Positions 1 to 8,199 of a DNA stretch of 22,865 bases are shown piece by piece. The stretch spans positions 1 through 22,865 of the forward strand of contig JAGGYF010000030.1 of NCBI GenBank assembly GCA_021162685.1. Direction: 5' to 3'. Numbering within the stretch: the first letter of the stretch is position 1; each line of letters starts with the position of its first letter. The position numbers and the translations under genes were made by a program. The notes beneath the pieces are model-generated. The model was not told the DNA's origin. It saw only the letters and a program-made list of their open reading frames with translations, and did not search any database. The DNA comes from Candidatus Iainarchaeum sp. GTDB taxonomy: Archaea; B1Sed10-29; WALL01.

Positions 1-10
1 CCCCTCGCCC

Positions 11-233
11 ACTTTCAGCCTTTTTCCGCTTCAGGCGAAAAAAGCCTGGGGAAAGTATAACCATGTTCGCCCTGACCAAATTACATATGGTCGTTCGTAG
101 TGTGGCATAAAGCCACACTATTAGAAATCATTGAAAGGAAGGGGGATGCTTCCAGGGGTACGCAAAGCGAAGCAAGGGAGTATATCCTTCTGTATGCTCT
201 GCGCTTCGCATTGCGCAGGGGGGCGAAGCCCCC
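11..233. repeat. Cluster of inverted repeats/hairpins (REP/MITE-like or structured RNA)
   Basis: Imperfect hairpin 11-56 closed by ACTTTC/GAAAGT; perfect 9-bp stem TAGTGTGGC-ataaa-GCCACACTA (98-120); CGCAAAGCGAAGC (161-173) pairs with GCTTCGCATTGCG (203-215) with one mismatch; GGGGGC-gaa-GCCCCC (219-233). Visibly more GC-rich than the window's other intergenic DNA; no ORF >=60 aa. Confidence 0.7.
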
Positions 234-328
234 ATAAAGGACGCTCTAGTTGGCAGTCAAAGAAAAACTAATTTTCTCTTTCTCTGAGAAGCATATTACT
301 GTGGTGCAGCTCCTTTCTGAAAAGCCAT

Positions 329-384
329 AGAAACGCTTTTAAACGATAAACCTCACAATTTATCCGCTTTTTTTAAAAGAGGAG
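329..384 (+). promoter_or_regulatory. Putative BRE/TATA promoter and SD for mat
   Basis: AGAAACGC followed by TTTTAAAC (337-344); GAGGAG at 379-384 just before tandem ATGs. Confidence 0.5.
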
Positions 385-1605
385 ATGATGCGCATGAGAA
401 ATATCACTATTGAGAGCTACAGAAGGCCTGTAACCGAACAAAAGGTTGAAATTGTTGAAAGAAAAGGATTAGGGCATCCTGATTATATATGCGATGCAAT
501 CATGGATTCCATTTCTGTGAATCTATCACAAGAGTATCTAAAATGTTGTGGTAAAATCTTACACCATAATGTTGATAAAGGATTTTTTGCTGCAGGAGCA
601 GTACAGGTTGCATTTGGTGGAGGATTTGTTAAAGAACCCATGCTTTTCATTTTTGGAGATAGAGCAACATTTGATGTAAACGGGAACAGCATAGCTGTTG
701 ATGAAATTGCAATTGACTCAGCAAAGGAATGGTTAAGAGAAAACTTAAGATTTGTTGATCCGAACGAGCATGTGAGATACCAAATAGAATTAAAGCCAGG
801 ATCAGCCGAGCTTACAGATATTTTCAAGCGTGGTGACAAAATACTTGGAGCAAATGATACATCTGTTGGAGTTGGATACGCTCCCCTAACACCAACTGAA
901 AGGGTTTCATTGGAAACAGAGAAATATCTGAATTCAAAAGAATTCAAGAAACAGTTCCCAGAGTCAGGAGAGGACATAAAAGTAATGAGCATGCGAACAA
1001 ATCAAGACCTTTTAGTAACAATTGCAATGGCATTTGTTGACAGATTTGTAAAAGATGAAGATGATTACTTCAAGAAGAAGAACGAGGTACTTGAAGCAAC
1101 AAGGCAATTCGTAAACGAGAAATTTTCAAACGATTTTGATAGCATAAAAGTGGATATAAACACACTGGATGTCAGAGGAAGAGGTATCGGAGGAGTATAC
1201 CTCTCAGTAACTGGAACCTCTCTTGAAGATGGCGATTCTGGACAAGTCGGAAGAGGGAACAGAACAAATGGCATCATAGCATTCAATAGACCTTCTACAT
1301 TGGAGGCAGCAGCTGGAAAGAACCCTGTATCACATGTTGGAAAGATATACAATGTTCTGACGCATAGAATTGCAAACAGGGTATACCAAAACGTGGATGA
1401 AGTAGAGGAAGTATACATCTGGTTGCTCAGCCAGATAGGACACCCAATAGACCAACCAGCAGTTGCAGCAGCACAGGTTGCAGTGAAGAATGGGGCATCA
1501 TTGGACAGCATAAAGAAAGCCATTTTTAACGAAATAGACGATGAACTAGCAAACATAGATAAGTTCTGTATGGATTTGGCAAAAGGAAAAATACCAATAT
1601 TTTGA
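385..1605 (+). CDS. mat: Archaeal-type S-adenosylmethionine synthetase (methionine adenosyltransferase)
   Basis: Motifs EIVERKGLGHPD, HHNVDK, ANDTS.GVGYAP, GEDIKVM, GDSGQVGRGNR, EAAAGKNPVSHVGKIYN. True start may be ATG 388 or 394. Confidence 0.96.
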   Translation: MMRMRNITIESYRRPVTEQKVEIVERKGLGHPDYICDAIMDSISVNLSQEYLKCCGKILHHNVDKGFFAAGAVQVAFGGGFVKEPMLFIFGDRATFDVNGNSIAVDEIAIDSAKEWLRENLRFVDPNEHVRYQIELKPGSAELTDIFKRGDKILGANDTSVGVGYAPLTPTERVSLETEKYLNSKEFKKQFPESGEDIKVMSMRTNQDLLVTIAMAFVDRFVKDEDDYFKKKNEVLEATRQFVNEKFSNDFDSIKVDINTLDVRGRGIGGVYLSVTGTSLEDGDSGQVGRGNRTNGIIAFNRPSTLEAAAGKNPVSHVGKIYNVLTHRIANRVYQNVDEVEEVYIWLLSQIGHPIDQPAVAAAQVAVKNGASLDSIKKAIFNEIDDELANIDKFCMDLAKGKIPIF

Positions 1606-1652
1606 GCAACATTTTTATTATACTACTACAAATTTAATAGCGAGGTGGATAT

Positions 1653-2339
1653 ATGGAGAGAGCAACATTTGCATTTCTATTTCTGCTAACAATAGCAACA
1701 GCAGCAAATTGTGGTCTGCTCGCAGAACAGGGAAAACTTGCAGATGCAGGTGACTGTTATTCAGATCAAAGCGACTGGGCAAAATGTATGTACTACTATC
1801 TAGAAACAGCAAGAGAGGCAGAGCTCAAATGGGACAGAAACGCAGGAGACTTTTCCCAGAAATCAATTGCTCTATACTACTATAATCCTAAGACACCAAA
1901 GGTACAGAAATGTCTTTCAAACTATTTGAGACAATACGAGGATTCTGAGTTAAAATCACAGCTCACAGATTATGTAGACTGGCTAACCTACTACTCAACA
2001 AATCCAATAGACCCACCCTTTGATATGACTGAAGTTATTGATAGGGTAAAAGCAAATGCATTTCCAGTAGTTGTTGAGGAGTCACCACAACAGCCAGAGG
2101 AGGAAGAGCAGGTGACAGAACAGCAAGCGCCAGAAGAGGAGAAACAGAGTCCGCCACCAACAACACAAACAGAAGAACAGGAGCAGCCACAGGAGCAGGA
2201 TAACACCATGCTCTACTTGGGCGCGCTTTTGGTTGCAGCCGTTGTTATTGCAATTGTCTTCTTCGTGAAAGGCAAACCAGAGAAGCCAGAGAAAGAAGAG
2301 AAGCATGTAAAGCACAAGAAGAAAAAGTCAAAGAAGTAA
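1653..2339 (+). CDS. Hypothetical type I membrane-anchored surface protein
   Basis: SD GAGGTGG; N-terminal hydrophobic signal peptide; Q/E/P/T-rich linker; C-terminal TM helix (LYLGALLVAAVVIAIVFFV) followed by a Lys-rich tail. Confidence 0.85.
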   Translation: MERATFAFLFLLTIATAANCGLLAEQGKLADAGDCYSDQSDWAKCMYYYLETAREAELKWDRNAGDFSQKSIALYYYNPKTPKVQKCLSNYLRQYEDSELKSQLTDYVDWLTYYSTNPIDPPFDMTEVIDRVKANAFPVVVEESPQQPEEEEQVTEQQAPEEEKQSPPPTTQTEEQEQPQEQDNTMLYLGALLVAAVVIAIVFFVKGKPEKPEKEEKHVKHKKKKSKK

Positions 2340-2351
2340 CTAGGTGTACAT

Positions 2352-4754
2352 GTGCCTAAGTATAATCCATTTGAGATAGAGAAAAAATGGCAAGATAAGT
2401 GGATAGAGGATGGCATATACAAATTTGACATAAATGCACCAGGAGAGGTATATGCCATCGATAACCCACCTAGTTTTACTTCTGGTACCCTACATATGGG
2501 TCATATCCTAAATCATTCATGGATTGATTTTATCGCCAGATACAAGAGGATGCGAGGGTACAATGTTTTATTCCCTTTGGGATACGATTGTCACGGTTTG
2601 CCAACAGAGCTACGTGTTGCAAAGGAGTATGGCATTCCAAAGGAGAACAGAAAGGAGTTCAGGGAGAAGTGTGAGGAATGGACAACACAAGCAATAAAGC
2701 GTATGAACGAACAATACAAGAGCATAGGGTATTCATGTGATTGGAATGAATACTATGAAACACGCATGCCAAAATACAAAAAGGCAGTCCAATATTCCCT
2801 AATAAAGTTTTTTGAGATGGGTCGCATATACAGAGAGAAACATCCAGTGCTTTGGTGTACAAAGTGTGGAACAGCATTGGCAAAGGCAGAGGTAGGTTAC
2901 AAAGAAGAAAAGGGCAAGTTATGGTATCTGAGGTTTCCAATTGTCGGCAAGGATAGGCATATAGAGATAGCAACAACAAGGCCAGAGTTGATGTTTGCCT
3001 GTGTTGCAGTATTTGTACACCCGGATGACGAGCGTTACTATGGGTTGGCAGGCTCAAAAGTACTTATCCCTTATGTTAATCGTGAAGTACCTATTCTTAC
3101 TGATGAGGAAGTAGATAGAGAGTTCGGAACCGGTGCTGTTTATCTTTGTACATTTGGAGATGAAATGGACATCAAATGGCAGAAGGAATATAATCTCCCG
3201 GTCTATGTTGCTATAGACAAAACAGGGAGGATGACTGAGCTCTGCGGAAAATACAAGGGCATGACAACAAAACAGTGCAGAGAGGAACTTTTGAAGGACC
3301 TAAAAAATGATGGCTATCTAGTGAAAGAAGAGGATTACATCCATAATGTTCTGGCGCATACTGAAAGAAGCGCATGTATGAACCCTGTGGAATTTTTACC
3401 AATGGAACAATGGTTCATAAAACTAAAAGATAAGTTAGATGATGTGATAGATGCGGCAAACCAGATGCAATGGTATCCTGCATATATGAAGCAGAGGCTT
3501 GTTGACTGGGCAACGAGCCTAGATTGGGACTGGATCATCTCCAGACAGAGAGTATATGGGACTCCAATACCCTTTTGGTACTGCGAGAAATGCGGAAAAA
3601 TCTATCCTGCAAGAGTAGACCAACTACCTGTTGATCCTTTAGTGGACAAACCGCCTGTGGAAAAATGTGAGTGCGGAAACCCATTAAAAGGAGCAGAGGA
3701 TACATGCGATTGCTGGGTTGACTCCTCTATAACTCCTCTGATGGTAGCTCATTGGCTTGAGGATGATGGATATTTTGAGAAGGCATATCCAAACTACCTG
3801 AGACCACAGGGATACGAGATTATAAGAACATGGGCATTTTACACAATATTTAGGGATTTATTGCTCACAGGTAAACCTCCTTTCAAGCATGTTGTGGTAA
3901 ACGGCATGGTTGCTGGGACAGATGGAAGAAAGATGGCAAAGAGCTTTGGTAACGTCATAGAGCCAGAGGAAGTAATCAGCAAGGAGGGAGCAGATGCAAT
4001 AAGGCAATGGGCATTGAACGCATCCCTTGGCGAGGACTATCCTTTTTCTTGGAAGGAGATAACACATGGTGCAAAGTTCCAAAAGAAATACTGGAATGCG
4101 TCATACTTCGCAAGCCAGTTCCTTAAAGACTACAAACCAGAAGAACCAGAACAACTCAGACCTGTTGATAGATGGATACTAAGCAAGCTAAACAAACTAA
4201 TAAAACATAGCACAGAAGTACTTGATAGATATGAGTTTGCAAAGGCATTGACACCCATAAGGGATTTCTTCTGGCATGATTTCTGCGATAACTACATTGA
4301 GATGGCAAAAGCGAGGTTATATAACGGGACAGAGGAGGAGAGGAAAGCAGCGCAGTATTGTTTATATGAAGTACTTCTGAAAACATCACTTATGTTAGCT
4401 CCATTTATCCCTCACATCACGGAAGAGATTCACGAGTTGTACTTAAAACAATTCACAAAATCCAAATCAATACATCTTATGAAGTGGCCAGAATACAATG
4501 AAAAGTTTTTCAATGATGAAATTGAATCAAAAGCAAATAAAGCGATTGCAGTCATCAGTGCAGTTAGGAAGTTTAAAAATGAAAACAAGATGCCACTCAA
4601 TGCAGAGATAACTAAACTGGTCATCTACGAGAAGCCAATCCAAGAATTTGAAAAAGATATACAAGAAACGGTGAAAGCGAAAACCATAGAGTTCTCTGAT
4701 GGCAAGGGAAATATTGAATGCGAACTAGACATAACAATAGACATAGAAAAGTGA
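2352..4754 (+). CDS. valS: Valine--tRNA ligase (archaeal type)
   Basis: GTG start after AGGTG; HMGH (HIGH-like), ATTRPEL editing-domain motif, DWIISRQR, KMAKS (KMSKS variant), DFCDNYIE anticodon-domain motif; 800 aa. Confidence 0.95.
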   Translation: MPKYNPFEIEKKWQDKWIEDGIYKFDINAPGEVYAIDNPPSFTSGTLHMGHILNHSWIDFIARYKRMRGYNVLFPLGYDCHGLPTELRVAKEYGIPKENRKEFREKCEEWTTQAIKRMNEQYKSIGYSCDWNEYYETRMPKYKKAVQYSLIKFFEMGRIYREKHPVLWCTKCGTALAKAEVGYKEEKGKLWYLRFPIVGKDRHIEIATTRPELMFACVAVFVHPDDERYYGLAGSKVLIPYVNREVPILTDEEVDREFGTGAVYLCTFGDEMDIKWQKEYNLPVYVAIDKTGRMTELCGKYKGMTTKQCREELLKDLKNDGYLVKEEDYIHNVLAHTERSACMNPVEFLPMEQWFIKLKDKLDDVIDAANQMQWYPAYMKQRLVDWATSLDWDWIISRQRVYGTPIPFWYCEKCGKIYPARVDQLPVDPLVDKPPVEKCECGNPLKGAEDTCDCWVDSSITPLMVAHWLEDDGYFEKAYPNYLRPQGYEIIRTWAFYTIFRDLLLTGKPPFKHVVVNGMVAGTDGRKMAKSFGNVIEPEEVISKEGADAIRQWALNASLGEDYPFSWKEITHGAKFQKKYWNASYFASQFLKDYKPEEPEQLRPVDRWILSKLNKLIKHSTEVLDRYEFAKALTPIRDFFWHDFCDNYIEMAKARLYNGTEEERKAAQYCLYEVLLKTSLMLAPFIPHITEEIHELYLKQFTKSKSIHLMKWPEYNEKFFNDEIESKANKAIAVISAVRKFKNENKMPLNAEITKLVIYEKPIQEFEKDIQETVKAKTIEFSDGKGNIECELDITIDIEK

Positions 4755-4758
4755 TGCT

Positions 4759-4884
4759 ATGGAGGATTGGCGTGAAGAGGTAAAAAAACAAAAGATGAAA
4801 TGGACAATTTTCCTCATATTAATAGTTGTAGCATTTATTCTTTACCTGATTTTTGTTAGACCAATACTACGAGCAGCCATATAA
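4759..4884 (+). CDS. Small single-pass membrane protein, 41 aa (not in ORF track)
   Basis: Hand translation MEDWREEVKKQKMKWTIFLILIVVAFILYLIFVRPILRAAI*; starts 4 nt after the valS stop and fills the gap up to the next TATA box. Confidence 0.7.
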   Translation: MEDWREEVKKQKMKWTIFLILIVVAFILYLIFVRPILRAAI

Positions 4885-4887
4885 ACA

Positions 4888-4895
4888 TTTAAATA
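4888..4895 (+). promoter_or_regulatory. TATA box for the probably leaderless gene at 4918
   Basis: TTTAAATA ending 22 nt before ATG 4918; no SD in between. Confidence 0.55.
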
Positions 4896-4917
4896 TCCTG
4901 TTCTCTTTGAATTCTTC

Positions 4918-5277
4918 ATGAGCTTTACATTAATCTCGTTTATCACGTCCATCTTGATACGATTAGCGGCCCTCTACATAGCGTTAAATAGAGCAGGTTT
5001 CTGGAGGATAGATAAAGCGTCATTAGTCATCCTTTCTGTATTCTCAGCATTACTTGGTTTCATCATGCCTGCTGGCGGTATTTTTGATATTACTGGCATG
5101 GTTTTTAGATTCATGCTCTTCTCTGTGATAGTAATGATATTCATGAAAATGGATTTTGTGGACGCAACTGGGACCGTTGTGGTTGCGGCGATTATTGAGA
5201 GCATTATGATTACTGCCCTGATGCTTTCTCCAGCCTCCTTCCTTGTGGCTGGCATGAGCCCATTGACAGTTCCTTAG
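4918..5277 (+). CDS. Hypothetical multi-pass membrane protein
   Basis: 119 aa with about 4 hydrophobic segments; has its own TATA box. Confidence 0.75.
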   Translation: MSFTLISFITSILIRLAALYIALNRAGFWRIDKASLVILSVFSALLGFIMPAGGIFDITGMVFRFMLFSVIVMIFMKMDFVDATGTVVVAAIIESIMITALMLSPASFLVAGMSPLTVP

Positions 5278-5932
5278 GCAGTACCTTCACCTCTTCAATC
5301 TCATATTCTCCGCGTGTTCCATCCCATTTCCTTTTAGCTTTTGTAATCTTTATCCTTTGTCTAAAGATGGGCCCATCAGTAACAAATGTTTCTGCTTCTC
5401 CTCCCTCAAACATTATATGGACTTGCCCCATGTCAGCAAGTTCATCTATTGCCTCCCAGTCTATAACCCTACCAAGCCAGCTCTCATCAAGACCTTCGGC
5501 TGCAACACCTGTAACAATAATCTCAAACCCTAAATCAACAATCTCTTTGAACAATCTCTTTTCAGCTTTTTGCCATAGTGGCGCAATACTCTTTATGCCC
5601 AATTCTTTACATATTCTATCAATGCGACTCTTCTGATAACGACTTGCCAATGCGCCTGACACAACCCCATCTACATCCAATTCTGAAAGTACTCGTTTTA
5701 GGTCTTCAACCTCTTGTTCCTTTATTCCTTTTGTCCTTCTCTGAATAATCGGGAGATGCATACAAAATGCCTGGACCTTTGTCCATTTCACATTTGGATA
5801 ATGAAACATATAGGATTCAGGAGTGTCTGGTAACATAGTAACCAGTGTTGCGATATCATGCCCTTTCTTCATAACCCTATATAATGCCATAGTAGAATCT
5901 TTCCCACCAGAATATAGAACAGCGAGTTTCAT
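5210..5932 (-). CDS. dph6: Diphthine--ammonia ligase / diphthamide synthase (PP-loop ATPase)
   Basis: SGGKDS PP-loop, SYMFH, SGALAS.YQ, APLW, EGGEAETFV.DGPIF. Confidence 0.92.
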   Translation of the reverse strand: MKLAVLYSGGKDSTMALYRVMKKGHDIATLVTMLPDTPESYMFHYPNVKWTKVQAFCMHLPIIQRRTKGIKEQEVEDLKRVLSELDVDGVVSGALASRYQKSRIDRICKELGIKSIAPLWQKAEKRLFKEIVDLGFEIIVTGVAAEGLDESWLGRVIDWEAIDELADMGQVHIMFEGGEAETFVTDGPIFRQRIKITKAKRKWDGTRGEYEIEEVKVLPKELSMGSCQPQGRRLEKASGQ

Positions 5933-6249
5933 AGCCCCTTCAACATTCCTTTTCTTTTTAAATATTCTACTTGGTGTGGCTTATACTTCCAAATAATATC
6001 TCCTCTCTCATCGCCTTGTATGGGCCATGGTTCAACAAGGACATAGTCGCCTTCTCTGACCCATACTCTTCTCTTGGCTCTTCCAGGCACTCTGCACAAT
6101 CTTCTTTTTCCATCTGTGCACTCTACGTACATGCGCTTTGCGCCGAGAAGTTCTTCAACATATCCAATAACCTCTTTGCCTTTCGGCATTCTTGTCCTAC
6201 TTATCTCCTCTTGTATTCTCTCCTCTTCTGTCATCTCTTTTTTTGCCAT
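5929..6249 (-). CDS. eif1a: Translation initiation factor aIF-1A
   Basis: LG...MYVEC.DGK.R.CRVPG, WVREGDYVLVEPW, GDIIWKY signature. Confidence 0.95.
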   Translation of the reverse strand: MAKKEMTEEERIQEEISRTRMPKGKEVIGYVEELLGAKRMYVECTDGKRRLCRVPGRAKRRVWVREGDYVLVEPWPIQGDERGDIIWKYKPHQVEYLKRKGMLKGL

Positions 6250-6542
6250 TTTAACATCCTCACAAATTGTACATGTGGTACTCCTTCAATCTTTATAATA
6301 TTTTCTTCATCCACAAGCCCTTTCTTAACAGCAACTGCTATGACATGTTCACCAAAAAGATTTCCGATTGTGCTCTCATCAAATAATAAGGAGAGTTCAT
6401 CTTCACTTACTATCCTGCCACCGTAGAATCGCTTTGATATTGTAACATTCAGACCATCCTTGTTCAATGTTTTCCCCAGCAATTCCTTGTCGCATGCTGC
6501 AATGAGAGTGTCCTCACCTTGCTTATACATCTTTACATACAT
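6231..6542 (-). CDS. DUF424 family protein
   Basis: AACDKELLGK, FYGG, NLFGE, IEGVPHVQ motifs typical of archaeal DUF424. Confidence 0.88.
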   Translation of the reverse strand: MYVKMYKQGEDTLIAACDKELLGKTLNKDGLNVTISKRFYGGRIVSEDELSLLFDESTIGNLFGEHVIAVAVKKGLVDEENIIKIEGVPHVQFVRMLKWQKKR

Positions 6543-6546
6543 GGTA

Positions 6547-6957
6547 TCACTTTAGGGTTGGGATTGGTGACCTCGCACCACATGCTTCACATCTTAGGTA
6601 TTGTATCTTATCCTGTGTTATGATTGTTGTGTCTGGCTTCCCACACTCTTTACATAGCACAAACTCCCTTATGTATGCTTCAAGTTTTTTATTCAATGCC
6701 TTTTCCCTAAACCTTCCTTTCATAAGCAATCTCTTTCGGTCTATATTTGCAGCAGCACCGCTCTCCTTTGTTAAGTACTTCAATAGGTGCTTTGGATCCC
6801 TCCTCAGTTTTTCAGCAACATCAACAAAGTTTGTTATAATAGTAGTATTACCTTGTATGATTACCTCAAACTGTGGCATCTTAAATCTCGCCTTCTCCTT
6901 TGCCTTTTCCGGCAGTTCCTTATATAACCTCTCTAATAGTTCTTCATAACTTTTCAT
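6547..6957 (-). CDS. eif2b: Translation initiation factor aIF-2 beta subunit
   Basis: YEELL.R, RF..P, G..TII.NF, and C-terminal zinc ribbon CKECGKPDT...CEACGA. Confidence 0.95.
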   Translation of the reverse strand: MKSYEELLERLYKELPEKAKEKARFKMPQFEVIIQGNTTIITNFVDVAEKLRRDPKHLLKYLTKESGAAANIDRKRLLMKGRFREKALNKKLEAYIREFVLCKECGKPDTTIITQDKIQYLRCEACGARSPIPTLK

Positions 6958-7382
6958 GTTCCCACATCCATCTCTTCTATCTCAAGCAAAATGTCTTTAT
7001 CCTCTTCTTTTTGTGTGTTCCTCTCTATCTCCAGTTTTCTTAATTTCAGATATGCTTTATCAACCTTTTTTAGTGCTTCAACATATATATTCCTTTCACC
7101 ATCTCTTTCCCTTATCTTGCCAATTACGCGAACAACATCTCCTTCTTCTATTCTATCAAGTTCATTTCTAAAAGCAATAAGTGAAACATCGCCTGTCCCA
7201 TCATCAATAACTGCTTCAGCACCCTGCTTTTTGACAACTGTGCCAACAATATTCACTCTTGAGATCTTCTTTCCATCTACATCAATATAGCTAGGTTTAA
7301 ATTCCTCATCTGACTTGTGAAATGTTCCCTTATGTATTGTATCTATGCTGACCTTAAACGCGACAGCTCTATCAAATGGCAT
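6954..7382 (-). CDS. Single OB-fold nucleic-acid-binding protein, RPA32/Rpa2-like
   Basis: ISRVNIVGTVV, IDDGTG, GDVVRVIGK pattern; acidic C-terminal tail; SD GGGGGTGA. Confidence 0.8.
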   Translation of the reverse strand: MPFDRAVAFKVSIDTIHKGTFHKSDEEFKPSYIDVDGKKISRVNIVGTVVKKQGAEAVIDDGTGDVSLIAFRNELDRIEEGDVVRVIGKIRERDGERNIYVEALKKVDKAYLKLRKLEIERNTQKEEDKDILLEIEEMDVGT

Positions 7383-8199
7383 AACTCACCCCCAATAGCT
7401 GGAATAGTATTATTGAAAACATGAACCCAAACAATGCGCCAATAGTAACAGGAGGCAGAGCAGGATACGCTTTTCCAGGCTTTTTTGAAAGCCACGCAAA
7501 GAAAATAGTTAAGGAGAGCATACTAAAAAACATAACAAATAATGCATTCAGTAATCCAAATTCTCTCAGTACTGAAATAGTGAACACCATGGGCATCACA
7601 AGGTCTCCCCCACCTAATTGGAACAAATGCTTCTTTGTTGGTATAGCAAATGTAAAAGCAAGTTTTTGCTTGATGATTGCTTTTGCCATCTTTACCATGT
7701 GCTTTGTTTTGAATACTGCAACGACATCATATATCGTTAGTAAGCCAAGGAGGATAAGCGCGGGGAATACACCAAGCGATGCACCGAGCAATGAACCAAC
7801 ACCCATGACAGACAACAGAATTGCGATGTTTTGTGTAACCACATTTCTTTCATACAATCTAAAAAATAAAACAAACAATGCAAGAATGATAGCAATACCT
7901 GCGCCTATGTCCTCCCTAACAAATCCCATGAACAATACCTCAAAGAAAATCTCTGTACTGAAAAAGATCGCTATAGCTTCTAGTATTCTGAGAAACTGTC
8001 TAACATATTTTATAATAATGAGCAGTATTGCTGTTACAACAAGAATGTAAATAAATAACGCAGCACCCGCAGCACCACTTGTTGCTGGTTCTATTTCAGG
8101 TATAGCAATAAGCTTCATCCCTAGGTAAATTCCCATACATTGCACAAACAGGAAAATCAACAGTAAAGAGAGCGCGACTTTTGTGTTGTCTTTCATCAT
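7372..8199 (-). CDS. Presenilin/signal-peptide-peptidase family intramembrane aspartyl protease
   Basis: Multiple TM helices; catalytic YD (LTIYDVVAV), GxGD (LGGGD) and PAL (YPALPP) motifs. Confidence 0.92.
   Translation of the reverse strand: MMKDNTKVALSLLLIFLFVQCMGIYLGMKLIAIPEIEPATSGAAGAALFIYILVVTAILLIIIKYVRQFLRILEAIAIFFSTEIFFEVLFMGFVREDIGAGIAIILALFVLFFRLYERNVVTQNIAILLSVMGVGSLLGASLGVFPALILLGLLTIYDVVAVFKTKHMVKMAKAIIKQKLAFTFAIPTKKHLFQLGGGDLVMPMVFTISVLREFGLLNALFVMFFSMLSLTIFFAWLSKKPGKAYPALPPVTIGALFGFMFSIILFQLLGVSYAI

Noticed and set aside
1-64. Minus-strand ORF start MVILSPGFFRLKRKKAESGRG running off the window
   Set aside because: Too short to assess, coincides with a hairpin, and has no clear SD or protein motif.
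11-384. SAM riboswitch upstream of mat
   Set aside because: No recognisable SAM-I/II core sequence, and the likely TATA box (337-344) lies downstream of the hairpins, so they are probably not in the 5' UTR.
2076-2200. Low-complexity CAG/GAG-rich DNA
   Set aside because: Encodes the Q/E/P linker; no exact tandem repeat unit.
3929-3943. KMAKS instead of KMSKS in ValRS
   Set aside because: Conservative variant that retains the catalytic second Lys; no reason to infer altered function.
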